In this document: positions 49,135 through 61,681 of the stretch, piece by piece | Numbering within the stretch: position 1 is the first letter of the stretch | How the letters are laid out: each line of letters begins with the position of its first letter | From: Azolla caroliniana | Taxonomy: Eukaryota; Plantae; Polypodiophyta | Assembly (NCBI GenBank): GCA_043228905.1 | Contig: JBHGNT010000012.1 | Span: forward strand, 7,378,001-7,442,000 | Direction: 5' to 3' | Length of the DNA stretch: 64,000 nucleotides | Made by a program: the position numbers and the translations under genes | The notes under the pieces: generated by a model | What the model saw: the letters and a program-made list of their open reading frames with translations, nothing else | What the model was told of the DNA's origin: nothing | Databases searched by the model: none

Positions 49135-52100
49135 TGTTACCGATTAGGAACACTGTCTATGGTCAGTCCTTCAACCTAGACCTCAAGGTGACTGTGTTGC
49201 AAGGAATGGTACCGTCGTATCATAATACGTAATGGGATACTTCCCCGTATCCTAGTAGCGTATAAGGGAGACGGCTACAACCGAACTCCTTAGGAAGTGC
49301 ACTTACGCCTACACCTTTACGATTACAGTTCGCTAAAGAGAACAAAGAACACAATAGATAAAACCACAGATATGCACAGAAAACAGAGAAGATAGTATTC
49401 TATTAGAATAAAGCTCTATGCACCAAAATTACACGCTACCTCTTACAAAGGATTTTTGCCCTTTATATATACAGGGTCTTTTAGCCGTTCACGCTTCCCA
49501 CGTGAACCGTTACATGCGTTTCTTACGCTTTTAGTAACTATATTATAATATTTCTGCGCTTCTGTCCGTCGGTTACTATTCCGGCGGACAACACCTGGCA
49601 CGCATGTGGGACAGTGCCCTGGCACGTCGGACCCACCCCTTTATTCTTCCTCCAAAATGGCCTGGATGTTTGGTTCTACCCCGATGTCCTGGACTGGGGA
49701 CGACACAATGTCCATAGGCGCGTCGTTGCGCGGTTCTATTTCTTGGACTTGCTCGGTGGGGCTTTCCATGGTGTCAACATCTCCCTGTGTGGGCGGTCTG
49801 GGCTCTACTAGCTCATCTCGTTCTACTATGGCTAGCTCATCCGTCTGCGGGCTCTCGGTAGGTTGAGGCTATGTCCTGTCCGAAACTTCCTCCGTGTTGC
49901 CGGCCATAGTCATCCGCTCCGGTGAATGGGGTTGCAGTTCCTCCTATTCGGTAGTCTCATGATGGGCTCCGCTTGTTGTCCCGTGCTGCCTTCTGTAGTT
50001 GTTATTTTCGGTGATGTGGGTTGAGGTTCCTCTTGTTCGGCAGTAGCACTTACTGGTATTGCGATGGGTTCCATGCTTGGTCGCGTGTTGCCGGCTTGCA
50101 TGATTTGGTGAAACATATCCTCCTGACTTTCGCCGAAATCATCTAGTAGCTGCGCAAGTTCCTCAGAGGGCTAGTCCGCTAGTGTGCGATAATCCTATGC
50201 TAGGTCCTCACGTACTGCCGCAATGCTTTCCTCATTGAGTTTGTAGAAACCTCGATCGTCTTTCCTTCGGTTCTCCTCGTCAGCTTGATAAGTATGCAAC
50301 TCTGCCACTTGTGCTGCCCACGCCCTCCAACCTTTGTCTAGCGCCGCTTGTAATTGTGACGTAAACCTCTCCCAATTTGTTTGAAGGAGTATGCGCACGT
50401 TGTCAGTTATTGCTTGGCAGCGGTTACGCGCTTTTTCCACAGTTTTCTTGAGGTTTACGATTTCTGGCTTACTGATAGCAATCGCTTCCTCATAATTGCT
50501 CTTTGTTCCTACCCATAACTTGAGATTCCTTCGAGTGTAATTCCTCTAGCTTTCCCATTTCATTGTTTAGGCAGATTTCGACCTGATGCCTCACCTCCTG
50601 TTCCCGTACGAGCTACTCGTCGTACCACGCTTTCTTCTTTTCCAATAACGCCCGGAGTCCAGTGATCGTTGTTTCTTATTTTTGCGCTTCTTCCCATAGT
50701 TTGGCGTTTTCTCCTTTCGTGCGGGTGTGCACTACTGCCTCCGCTTCGAGTTTTTCTTCGAGGGCCTTCATTGCCTTTCGACCTTTGGCCAGGATGTCCT
50801 TTTCTCTGTCAGAGGATTGGTGGAGTTCGGAGTGGAGGCGGTCAATCCCGGATTCCGTTAGCGGCACGACCTTCTTTGCTTTTGAGGTGATGGCGTTCTG
50901 GGCTTCAACCTCTTCTCTTAGGGATTGGGCCTCAGTGGTGTTGTCTGTTGGTCAAGATTCTTGCTGCGCCGTAGTTTCATTTCGTTCCAACTCTGTGATC
51001 CGTTCGTTGGCCTTTTGCAGCTCAACTTAGGTCTGTTTAACCGTTTTCCAAACATTTTTGTATTTAATCGCCATATCTTTGGCTCTGATATTGACCTTAG
51101 CCAGTTCTCTATGAACGTCGACGAGGGCCACGTTTAATGGGGGTAGTTCGATTCCCATTCGGCGTATACCGACATTCCGCTGTCTGCCTACTCTGGCTAG
51201 CGGCCCCTCGTCATCGCTTTCCGTCGTTTGTCTTAGCACGCACTCAATCATTTGTTGTTCCCTGTGCTCCTCGGCCATTCGTTGTGAGACTTTTATTTGT
51301 TGCATCGCCAAAAATTCCATGAGTTCGTAACTTAGTAGATCCGAACTATAATAGTGCCCCGAACTCATGGGCTGTGTCGGGAATGTCCGGATAATTCAGG
51401 ACCTCGCATTCCGCCGTAAATACGCCTTTCCCCCTTTATGACTGGACCATAATGATCGGTTGTGGTTCCCGGATTATTTCGAAAGTGGTGTTGGGCTTTG
51501 TAGCTACGGAACTGTCGACCACGGTGGTCGTCTCTATGGCTGCGAGTGTGTCTTTAACTAATCCGCGCCCATCTTTCCTGTCCAGCCTCCGCCGTTTCAG
51601 CCTTGGGCTTTCTTGGCATTGCTCGGCTTCCTTCTCCTGTGGAGCTTCCTCTCTGCGCTTCGGCCGTTCTTCCTATGTTGTCCGCGTGCTGGGCTGGGCC
51701 GATTGGGGTTCATCCTCCCATTCTGTGGTGGCCAACTCTACTAACCTCCGTTTCACGGAACGTGGCGGCGGCGACGGCGTGGATTTGCTGGGCTATGGTG
51801 CGGGGTAGGAATAGTATCGTCAGATACTGTTGTATGATTGGCCTTAGCATTTTGCCGCCTTGATATGCGTGCAAGCCTTCCCGAAAAGTTGGTCCCATAA
51901 TGACCCCCCAATCGACCGCGCGCCCTTCGAAGGTATCAATGATGATGCTTGCCTTCTGCTTTGGCATCCCATAGGTATTTACATGCACGCATTCGACCTC
52001 CAACAAGAACTTGGGTATGGTTGAGGATTTCCTTCGTCTTTGTTAGGAAACAGGTCCCTTCGGATGGGAAGTGAGAAGAACAGTGTCGATGAACAAACTC

Positions 52101-52775
52101 GGCCGAGGCCGAAACCGGATGTGGTGTACCCGGCTACGGAAGACCTGGTGAGAACTGGATGACGAGTACTTGGCTACGGAAGACCCAGTGAGAACTGGAT
52201 GACGAGTACCCGGCGGAAGACCCGGTGAGAACCGGATGATGAGTACCCGGCAACGGAACACCCGATGAGAACCGGATGACGAGTACCTGGCAAGAGCCGG
52301 ATGGTGAAGGCCCGGTGAGAAGTGCTCACCGAATGAAGAGACATATTCGTAAATATGTTTTCTGAGAGTCCATCCTGCCTATATTTGTAAATAGCCGAAA
52401 AGTCATATTAGTATAAATATGACTTAGGGCAAACTTAGTGATATAGTTGTTGTCATTCTTGTTGGTGCAAGATTAGAGCGCGTAACTGTGTACAGAGAGA
52501 GAGAGAGAGAGAGAGGAAGAGGTCGTTGCCTCTGTTGTAACCGCCGCCTGTGGCGAAGATAGCAAGCTCGAGGTCATTGCCTCGGTGCTTTACTATTGTA
52601 CATTGTGATATAGTGATAGTTTGCAGTCTGTGGGCTGCCGTGGTTTTTCCCTAGTTTGGGTTTTCCACGATAATATCCAATGTACTCTTCTCTTCACTGC
52701 GTCGTCCGTTCATTACCCGTTTTCTGTGTTTGATCCTAGACTCGGTTGTGGCCGAGCGTTGTGCTTAGGGAGCGT

Positions 52776-55700
52776 TGTCGTGAAGAAAACCGTCCCTTAG
52801 CGCAATCGGTGCATAGCGCGCTTGAACCGGCTCTTCACGCGTGCGCGCCCTTAATGTATATAATAGGGAATTAGGTACATTGGTATATCCTGGGTAGTTA
52901 GATTCGGTAGGTAGGAAGTAAATGAGGGAGACGGCTCCCTTCTTGACGCTATAAAGGAGAGGGAGACGCAGGGAGAAGGGATCGCGCATTGAGGAGGACG
53001 AAGTGCTGTCAGACCGTAACCGAACGCTTCTCCTTTGTTTGTTCTCTATTGCTCTTCTCTGCAGGTTTTCGGGAGGCTCGCGCTGCTTCGAGGAACGCTC
53101 GTGTGCTTCCGGCAGCACCTCCATCCTATCCCCTTTCGTGCGCAGACGAGCAGGCATCGCGTGCTCTGTTGTTTTGTGTCACTTGTTAATATACAAACAT
53201 TCGTGTCTCTCTGTCTCTGTGTCCATTCGCGTCTTCTGCGTTGACGGGCCGTGTCCCTGTGTTTCTTTGCTCATATGTAACCGGCCGTTTCTCTCTTTCT
53301 CTTTCCCCTCCTATCACCTGCTCTTCAGTTCAAGACCCCGGTGGTCCCGCCTCGTTTCTCCACGCACGCGCGTAACAACGTGACATATTTGGTGAACCCA
53401 ACGTGAAACAGGCGGCAGAGGAGCAGAAGATGAGGGGGTCGGATCTTGCAGAGGCCATGGCTTCGGCCGTGGACCGGATAGTGAGCGTGCGCGAGGGCAC
53501 CGGCGCCCTTGATAGGGCTATTGAGGCGATCGTCGGTATGATCGGCCGGTTCAGTGGAAAGGATGCCACGAGTTATTTGGCGTCCTACCGGGCAGAGATG
53601 TTGATGAGGGATATTCTGGAAGAGAGGCGTCTTGCCGGAATCCCTCGAGTGGCGATGTCGGGCATCCATGCGGAGGTGCTCGAGGTCCGGGCGGAGAGCC
53701 GGACCTGGGAAGAGTTCGAAGGACGGCTCCTGGAGAAATACGAGCTGGATGACGCGCTTCGACTTTCGAAGCGGGGCTTCATGGAGTGGGTGGAGTCCCC
53801 CGACAAAGGAAGAAATGCGTCGGCACTCCTCCGGGAGTTTGAGGATCGCTTTGCACGCCTTTCGGCGCTCGATCAGACCGTTCTGGACACAAGTCGTGTC
53901 CTACTGTTTGTCAAATCGGTTGACGCACGGGATCGGGAGCAAGTGGGCTACTTACTAGAAACCGAAGACGGGCTGACGGCCGACTGGGTTGTGGTAAAAA
54001 GAGTCTGCGGCCGTTTCGACAAACGATGGGAGTGGGTTGATACAGGGGCGACCGGGGCGAGTCCTGTCGCAGCAAGGAAGCTCGAACCGGTACCGAAGGC
54101 GCGACGGGAAGAGACCCGGGAGTGGGTCGAAACCGGTCCGGCTTCGACCGGCGTGGTCAGAGGCTCGTCCGGGGGGACAACTTTGGAGGAATTGACACGG
54201 GCGGTAAAGGATCTCTAGATCGGCCAGGCTCGGAGGGAAGACGACGATCAGGCTCGTGACCGACGACCCCTGACAGGAAATAGGTGCATGTGGTGTGACA
54301 AGGTTGGCCACATCCGGAAAGATTGCAGGGACTTTGCGGAGGCTTTGAGAAGCCGGGTAGTGTACCTGTGGGAAGGTCGGGTGCACGCCAGCGATACCCG
54401 GAGGGCCCTGAACCGAAACGACGGGCAAGGAGGAATGAAAAGGTTGATGGAAGAGGCGGCGGCCCGGCACGCGTAGACCGTCCACTACTCAGCGTCAGCC
54501 GGTATTCGGGTTGGGGCAGCGAGGCCCGGAAGGAGAGCAAAGCCGGGTTCTGGCCGACGGTGCTGGAAGGCCTCGCCGGTACCCGACTAAAGAAAGACGA
54601 GGCGGATCGCGCGGAGAAGCGGGTCCAGGAGGTAACCGGGTGGAGTGACCCGGTCGAAGAAAAGACAAGTTTCATCGAAGCAGCTTGCCAGAACTACGAG
54701 GCTCTGGTTGAAGACAAACGGGTAGGTAAAACCGGAGGCGTTGGACCCTCACAGAGATACGAAACCCGATTCGGGCCAAAACGGAACGAGGCCGGTGAGT
54801 CCAGTGCCCAGGATAACCACAAGAAGGGCGGATACCATTTGGGCACGGAGATCGAAAGGACCACGGACCTACAAAAGGTCCTGGAAGAACGAATCCTCGA
54901 CAGCAAGGTGGAACTGTCGTTGCGGGAGGTGCTCGGAATCGCCAAGAAGGAGTTCCACGACTCCATCGTAGACTTGGTGAAGAGGAAGAGGCTGTCGACG
55001 GCGGCAGAACCGGGAAGGCCGGTGGAGGTGCGGACGATGCACATAGAGGACATGGCGCTGGAAGACGAGTGGGTGGAGAGCCACTATTCGAGGCCACATT
55101 GGGCCCGAGCGACCACGGAAACCCCGGTGAAGATCGGAGATGTTCAGGAACCGGTGGTGGCGCTGGTGGACCACGGTTCAGAAATAAACCTGATGTCCAT
55201 GGACTTCTACAAGAAGGGGAAATGGCCGATCAACACCAAGCACGGGTGGAAGATACGGGCGGCGATGTGCGCCACCGAGGAACTACATGGGGCCTGCCCA
55301 AACGTGCGAGTCAAGATTGGCGACGTCGAAATAGATCAGCACTTCTTTGTGCAGGAGACGTCCTCGCACCCGGTCATACTGGGAGAGTCGTACATTACGG
55401 CAGCACGGATGGAGACCAAGGTGCTGGACAACGGGTCGGCTTATACGAGGGTCAAGAGTCAGGACGGGCGTCATTCGGTCCAGTTCCTGACGGTGCGACC
55501 GAACCACGAGCGAAACCGCGAGTCCCTCGGTGGCGAGAACCGAGAGGATTTTTAGAGAGGGCTACCAAGGCATGGGGCCGCGACAGTCCGAACACTCCGG
55601 GAAACCCCCACAAATGTACGATAGAGGCGAAACCGAAAAAACCTTGTACCATAAGTAGGAAGTTTTGTTTCTCTGACAACGGAGGGTGTACGATAGTCGG

Positions 55701-58700
55701 CGTCGTTGGCCGAGAAAAGACAAGGGCGGAAGAGCGACTTCGGGCGTGCGGAGTTCTCGGGCCCAACGAGGAAATCAACGGAGCCGTGGAGGCGGTCTCC
55801 TTCGACGATACCTTGGGAATACTGCGAGAGGTGGTCGGAGAGGGCCTGAAAGAGGACTGGACGATACCGGTTTGTTCAGAAGAGATGTACGAAGTCATCG
55901 CGGACTTCAGTCGGTGGCTCGAGTCGGATCGGACGGCCCGGGTTAACACGAAGTACAAGACTGTGGACCGGAAGGTAAGGCTAGTCGCGACACCCTTACC
56001 GGAGTGCAGCGAGTTGCGAATCAAGGGGGTCGCGTCGGACCCTAGTTTACGAGATCCGGCCTGCATAGGGCACGCCTTCACCGACAGAACGCTACGGGAG
56101 CTCAAAATCGGTGGGGGTGGGTTCCTACTGCCGGCGGAAGAAGACCGGTTTCGGAGAATGTTCGGAAGGCACGGGAAAGCCTTCGCATTCTCGTCGGGAG
56201 AGATCGGGTGCGTAGACCCGACAGTTGTGAAGACGATGGTGATATTCACGGTACCGCATGTGCCGTGGAATCTCAAACCAATTCCGGTACCGAGAGCTCA
56301 CATCCCGGAGCTGATGGAGCTGTTGAGGCAGAAAGTCGATATGGGCATCCTCGAACCGTCGAGTGCCCCGTACTCGAACCGGTGGTTTACCGTACCGAAG
56401 AAGAACGGGACGTTGCGCTTCATTCAAGACCTGCAACCGGTCAACAGAGTGACCATTCGGAACGCAGGAATCGGACTAACGATAGACGAGTTCGCGGAGG
56501 CCTTTGCCGGAAGGTCGATGTACTCGGTCGGTGATCTGTACTCAGGGTACGATCAGTTCCAACTAGCCGTAGAGAGCAGAGACATTATGACGATGCGGAC
56601 TCCTCTCGGCCTAGTGCGGATGTGTACCCTGCCACAAGGAGGGACGAACTCGGTGGCCCACATGGTGAATGCGATGAACAACGTGCTGAGGATTGTATCC
56701 CGGACATCACCATGCCATTCTTGGACGACATCCCGATCAAGGGATGTCCGGTGGAGGAAAAAGATGAAACGATCGGACCAGACGGATGCCGGAGATTCGT
56801 GGCAACACACATTGACAACTGCGAGAGGGTGCTGCAGAGGCTAGAGGACGCGAGGCTCACCTTCTCCGGGGAGAAATCGGCCTTCGGGCAATCAGAGATC
56901 ATGGTCGTCGGACATCTATGCGGACCGTATGGCCGGAAACCGTCTCTGGCTAAGGTGGAAGCCATCTCCGCAATGAAGCCCGACTGTAACTCGGTCACGG
57001 AGGTACGGAGGTTCTTGGGAGCATGCGCGTTCTACCACATATGGATCCCGCATTACGCCCACGTTGTCGAGCCGCTATACGGGTTGCTGAAAAAGGGGAG
57101 AAAATTCGAGTGGCGAGTCGAGCATACGGAGTCGGCCCGAAAGATGAAGGAGGCTCTTGCTGCAGCTCCGGCGCTCCGGAAGGCTGTCTATGAGAAAGGC
57201 ACTCCCATCTACATAATGGTAGATACAAGTCCGATCGAGATTGGATGGGTCCTCAACCAAGAAGATGAGAACGGTATTCGGTTCCCAATCCGGTTCGGCG
57301 CGAAGGTCCTCAGCGAGCGTCACCCAGGATACGCCCAGGTTAAACGCGAACTCTGGGGTATCGTTTCGGCGGTAAAGGCCGATAAAGACTATCTGATCGG
57401 GACAAAGGTGATTATCGAGACGAACTGCCTGCTAATTCTCGGCATGGTTTCCGGATGCGCAACCCCGGACCTGGCAATGCTCAGGTGGATAGCGTACATC
57501 AAGTCCCTGGATCCGGAAATACGACACATTTCTAGGAAAGACAATGCCATGGCCGACATGCTTTCGAGGGCGCGATTCAACGACGAGGGCGGCATGGTTT
57601 CGGAGGACGAGGAAGTCGGCGTGGACTTCTTCGAGGCGGCTTACGTGACAACTGAGGGGGGGAGCACTCCGACGCTTAACGATTTTAATGAGAGCAAGTA
57701 CGATGGGGAGTGGCTGCAGATTGGAGGATTCTTAAGAACGATGACGCCGGACGCGTCATGGACAAAGGACGAGGCCAACCGGATCCGGAAGAAAGCGTAC
57801 CGATTCTTTCTCCGAAACGGATACTTGTGGAAGCACCCAAAGAAGAGAAACGGCATCCCGCTCCGAGTAGTGGCGATGAAGGAGGAACAGGAGGAGCTGC
57901 TGAAGGCCTACCACGACAGCCCCTGGGCTGGACACCGTAGGACGTGGGCCACGTTCGAGAAACTAAAGGGGAAGTACTGGTGGCCGGGACTGTACCGGGA
58001 TGTGCATCGGTTCGTGACAACTTGTGAGAGCTGTCAGATGCACTCCATAGTCCGACATCGGAACGAGCTTCACCCTACTTACCCTCCGGCCATCCATTTC
58101 AAATGGATGGTAGATTTGGTGACGATGCCGATGGGCGTAGGGCAGATGCGATATCTGGTGCTGGCCCGGGAGGACCTGACGAACCAGGTGGAAGGCCGAG
58201 CCCTGCAGAACAAAACGACCGCGGCCGTGTGTCGGTTCCTGATCGAGGACGTGATATGCCAGTATGGGTGCGTCGGGAAGATCATGGCTGACCGCAGGGA
58301 GATGGACGCCGAGGAGGCCGAGGAGCTGTTCGACCGGTTAGGGGTCAAGCTCTCGGTCACCACAGCGTACAATCCGGAGGTGAACGAGAAGGTGGAGCGC
58401 AGACACAGACCGATCGTCAAAGCGCTAGTCCGGGCATGCGGAGGCCAGGTCGGGAACTGGCCACGACTGTTACCTTATGCCTTGTGGGCGGACCGGACAA
58501 CGCACAGTTCGGTAACCGGGTTCATGCCGTCAGAGCTCATGTTCGGACAGAAGCCGATCATGCCAATGGAACGGACAATCTCCTCTTGGGCGATAGTGGA
58601 CTGGAGAGATGAGATGAGTCGGGAAGAACTGCTAGCCGCGCGTATACGGCAGCTCGAGCGGAGGCTAGAGGATGTGGACTGAGCGGTGGAGAGACTTCGG

Positions 58701-61681
58701 ACGGCGAGGATGAAGAACAAAGCCCGGTTCGACCGAACGCACCGGCTCCGACCAAAGAAAATCGAGGAAGGCGACTGGGTGCTAGTTTATGACAGCAGCC
58801 TCGATTACCAGCACCAGGCAACACGGAAGTTTGCAAAGCGGTGGTTCGGGCCTTACGTGGTAACGAGCGCCAACGACAACGAGACGTATCACCTGGCGGA
58901 ACTCGACGGTACGAGGATGGCAATACCGGTGGCAGGGAAGTGGATCAAAGCGTTCAAGAAGCGCCAGACGGCGAACCGGATCTAAGAGGCCTGGACAGCG
59001 ACGACGAACAGTTCGAAACAGAGAACGAACCGATGGGCGAGGAACCGAAACCCGGACCGGTTTTCTCCAACCAGAACCCAATTTTGGCTCATGCCAGTGG
59101 ATGCGCGGTTAGGTGGGGGCGGATGTCGTGAAGAAAACCGTCCCTTAGCGCAATTGATGCATAGCGCGCGTGAACCGGCTCTTCACGCGTGCGCGCCCTT
59201 AATGTATATAATAGGGAATTAGGTACATTGGTATATCCTAGGTAGTTAGGTTCAATAGGTAGGAAGAAAATGAGGGAGATGGCTCCCTTCTTGACGCTAT
59301 AAAGGAGAGGGAGACGCAGGGAGAAGGGATCGCGCATTGAGGAGGACGAAGTGCTGTCGAACCGTAACCGAATGCTTCTCCTCTGTTTGTTCTCTATTGC
59401 TCTCCTCTGCAGGTTTTCGGGAGGCTCGCGCTGCTTCGAGGAATGCCCGTGTGCTTCCGGCAGCACCTCCATCCTATCCCCTTTCGTGCGCAGACGAGCA
59501 GGTATCGACATCTGATCGCCGACCTGTTCGGTTGTAACCACTCGCGTGCTTTGTTGTTTTGTGTCCGGTCATACTGGGAGAGCCGTACATTACGGCAGCA
59601 CGGATGGAGACCAAGGTGCTGGACAACGGGTCGGCTTATACGAGGGTCAAGAGTCAGGACGGGCGTCATTCGGTCCAGTTCTTGACGGTGCAACCGAACC
59701 ACGAGCGAAACCGCGAGTCCCTCGGTGGCGAGAACCGAGAGGATTTTTAGAGAGGGCTACCAAGGCATGGGTCCGCGACAGTCCGAACACTCCGGGAAAC
59801 CCCCACAAATGTACGATAGAGGCGAAACCGAAAAAACCTTGTACCATAAGTAGGAAGTTTTGTTTCTCTGACAACGGAGGGTGTACGATAGTCGGCGTCG
59901 TTGGCCGAGAAAAGACAAGGGCGGAAGAGTGACTTCGGGCGTGCGGAGTTCTCGGGCCCAACGAGGAAATCAACGGAGCCGTGGAGGCGGTCTCCTTCGA
60001 CGATACCTTGGGAATACCGCGAGAGGTGGTCGGAGAGGGCCTGAAAGAGGACTGGACGATACCGGTTTGTTCAGAAGAGATGTACGAAGTCATCGCGGAC
60101 TTCAGTCGGTGGCTCGAGTCGGATCGGACGGCCCGGGTTAACACGAAGTACAAGACTGTGGACCGGAAGGTAAGGCTAGTCGCGACACCCTTACCGGAGT
60201 GCAGCGAGTTGCGAATCAAGGGGGTCGCGTCGGACCCTAGTTTACGAGATCCGGCCTGCATAGGGCACGCCTTCACCGACAGACGCTACGGGAGCTCAAA
60301 ATCGGTGGGGGCGGGTTCCTACTGCCGGCGGAAGAAGACCGGTTTCGGAGAATGTTCGGAAGGCACGGGAAAGCCTTCGCATTCTCGTCGGGAGAGATCG
60401 GGTGCATAGACCCGACAGTTGTGAAGACGATGGTGATATTCACGGTACCGCATGTGCCGTGGAATCTCAAACCAATTCCGGTACCGAGAGCTCACATCCC
60501 GGAGCTGATGGAGCTGTTGAGGCAGAAAGTCGATATGGGCATCCTCGAACCGTCGAGTGCCCCGTACTCGAACCGGTGGTTTACCGTACCGAAGAAGAAC
60601 GGGACTTCGGACGGCGAGGATGAAGAACAAAGCCCGGTTCGACCGAACGCACCGGCTCCGACCAAAGAAAATCGAGGAAGGCGACTGGGTGCTAGTTTAT
60701 GACAGCAGCCTCGATTACCAGCACCAGGCAACACGGAAGTTTGCAAAGCGGTGGTTCGGGCCTTACGTGGTAACAAGCGCCAACGACAACGAGACGTATC
60801 ACCTGGCGGAACTCGACGGTACGACGATGGCAATACCGGTGGCAGGGAAGTGGATCAAAGCGTTCAAGAAGCGCCACGACGGCGAACCGGATCTAAGAGG
60901 CCTGGACAGCGACGACGAACAGTTCGAAACGGAGGACGAACCGATGGGCGAGGAACCGAAACCCGGACCGGTTTTCTCCAACCAGAACCTAATTTTGGCT
61001 CATGCCAGTGGATGCGCGGTTAGGTGGGGGCGGATGTCGTGAAGAAAACCGTCCCTTAGCGCAATTGATGCATAGCGCGCGTGAACCGGCTCTTCACGCG
61101 TGCGCGCCCTTAATGTATATAATAGGGAATTAGGTACATTGGTATATCCTAGGTAGTTAGGTTCAATAGGTAGGAAGAAAATGAGGGAGATGGCTCCCTT
61201 CTTGACGCTATAAAGGAGAGGGAGACGCAGGGAGAAGGGATCGCGCATTGAGGAGGACGAAGTGCTGTCGAACCGTAACCGAATGCTTCTCCTCTGTTTG
61301 TTCTCTATTGCTCTTCTCTGCAGGTTTTCGGGAGGCTCGCGCTGCTTCGAGGAATGCCCGTGTGCTTCCGGCAGCACCTCCATCCTATCCCCTTTCGTGC
61401 GCAGACGAGCAGGTATCGACATCTGATCGCCGGCCTGTTCGGTTGTAACCACTCGCGTGCTCTGTTGTTTTGTGTCACTTGCTAATATACAAACATTCAT
61501 GTCTCTCTGTCTCTGTGTCCATTCGCGTCTTCTGCGTTGACGGGCCGTGTCCCTGTGTTTCTTTGCTCATACGTAACCGGTTGTTTCTCTCTTTCTCTTT
61601 CCCCTCCTATCACCTGCTCTTCGATTCAAGACCCCGGTGGTCCCGCCTCGTTTCTCCACGCACGCGCGTAACAACGCGACA
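52776..61681 (+). mobile_element. Ty3/Gypsy element B with three LTR copies and a rearranged duplicated 3' unit
   Basis: LTR1 52776-53385, truncated LTR2 59124-59565, LTR3 61035-61681 (TGTC...GACA). 4-bp TSD GCGT. PBS TGGTGAACCCAACGTGAA at 53390 (tRNA-Trp-like). PPT AGGTGGGGGCGGA before LTR2 and LTR3. Confidence 0.93.
53430..59131 (+). pseudogene. Gypsy B gag-PR / RT-RH-IN, lightly disrupted
   Basis: gag with CMWCDKVGHIRKDC; PR ALVDHGSEINLM; RT DLYSGYDQF, LPQGGTNS, FLDDIPI; RH DTS, ADMLSR; IN CESCQ, WMVDL, RWFGPY. No chromodomain seen. Confidence 0.9.

Noticed and set aside
52125-52320. 39-bp repeats as a CRISPR array
   Set aside because: Plain tandem repeats inside an LTR.
53585-61500. Many long antisense and overlapping ORFs in Gypsy B
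   Set aside because: Expected from high GC content and shadowing of gag-pol; no recognisable motifs.
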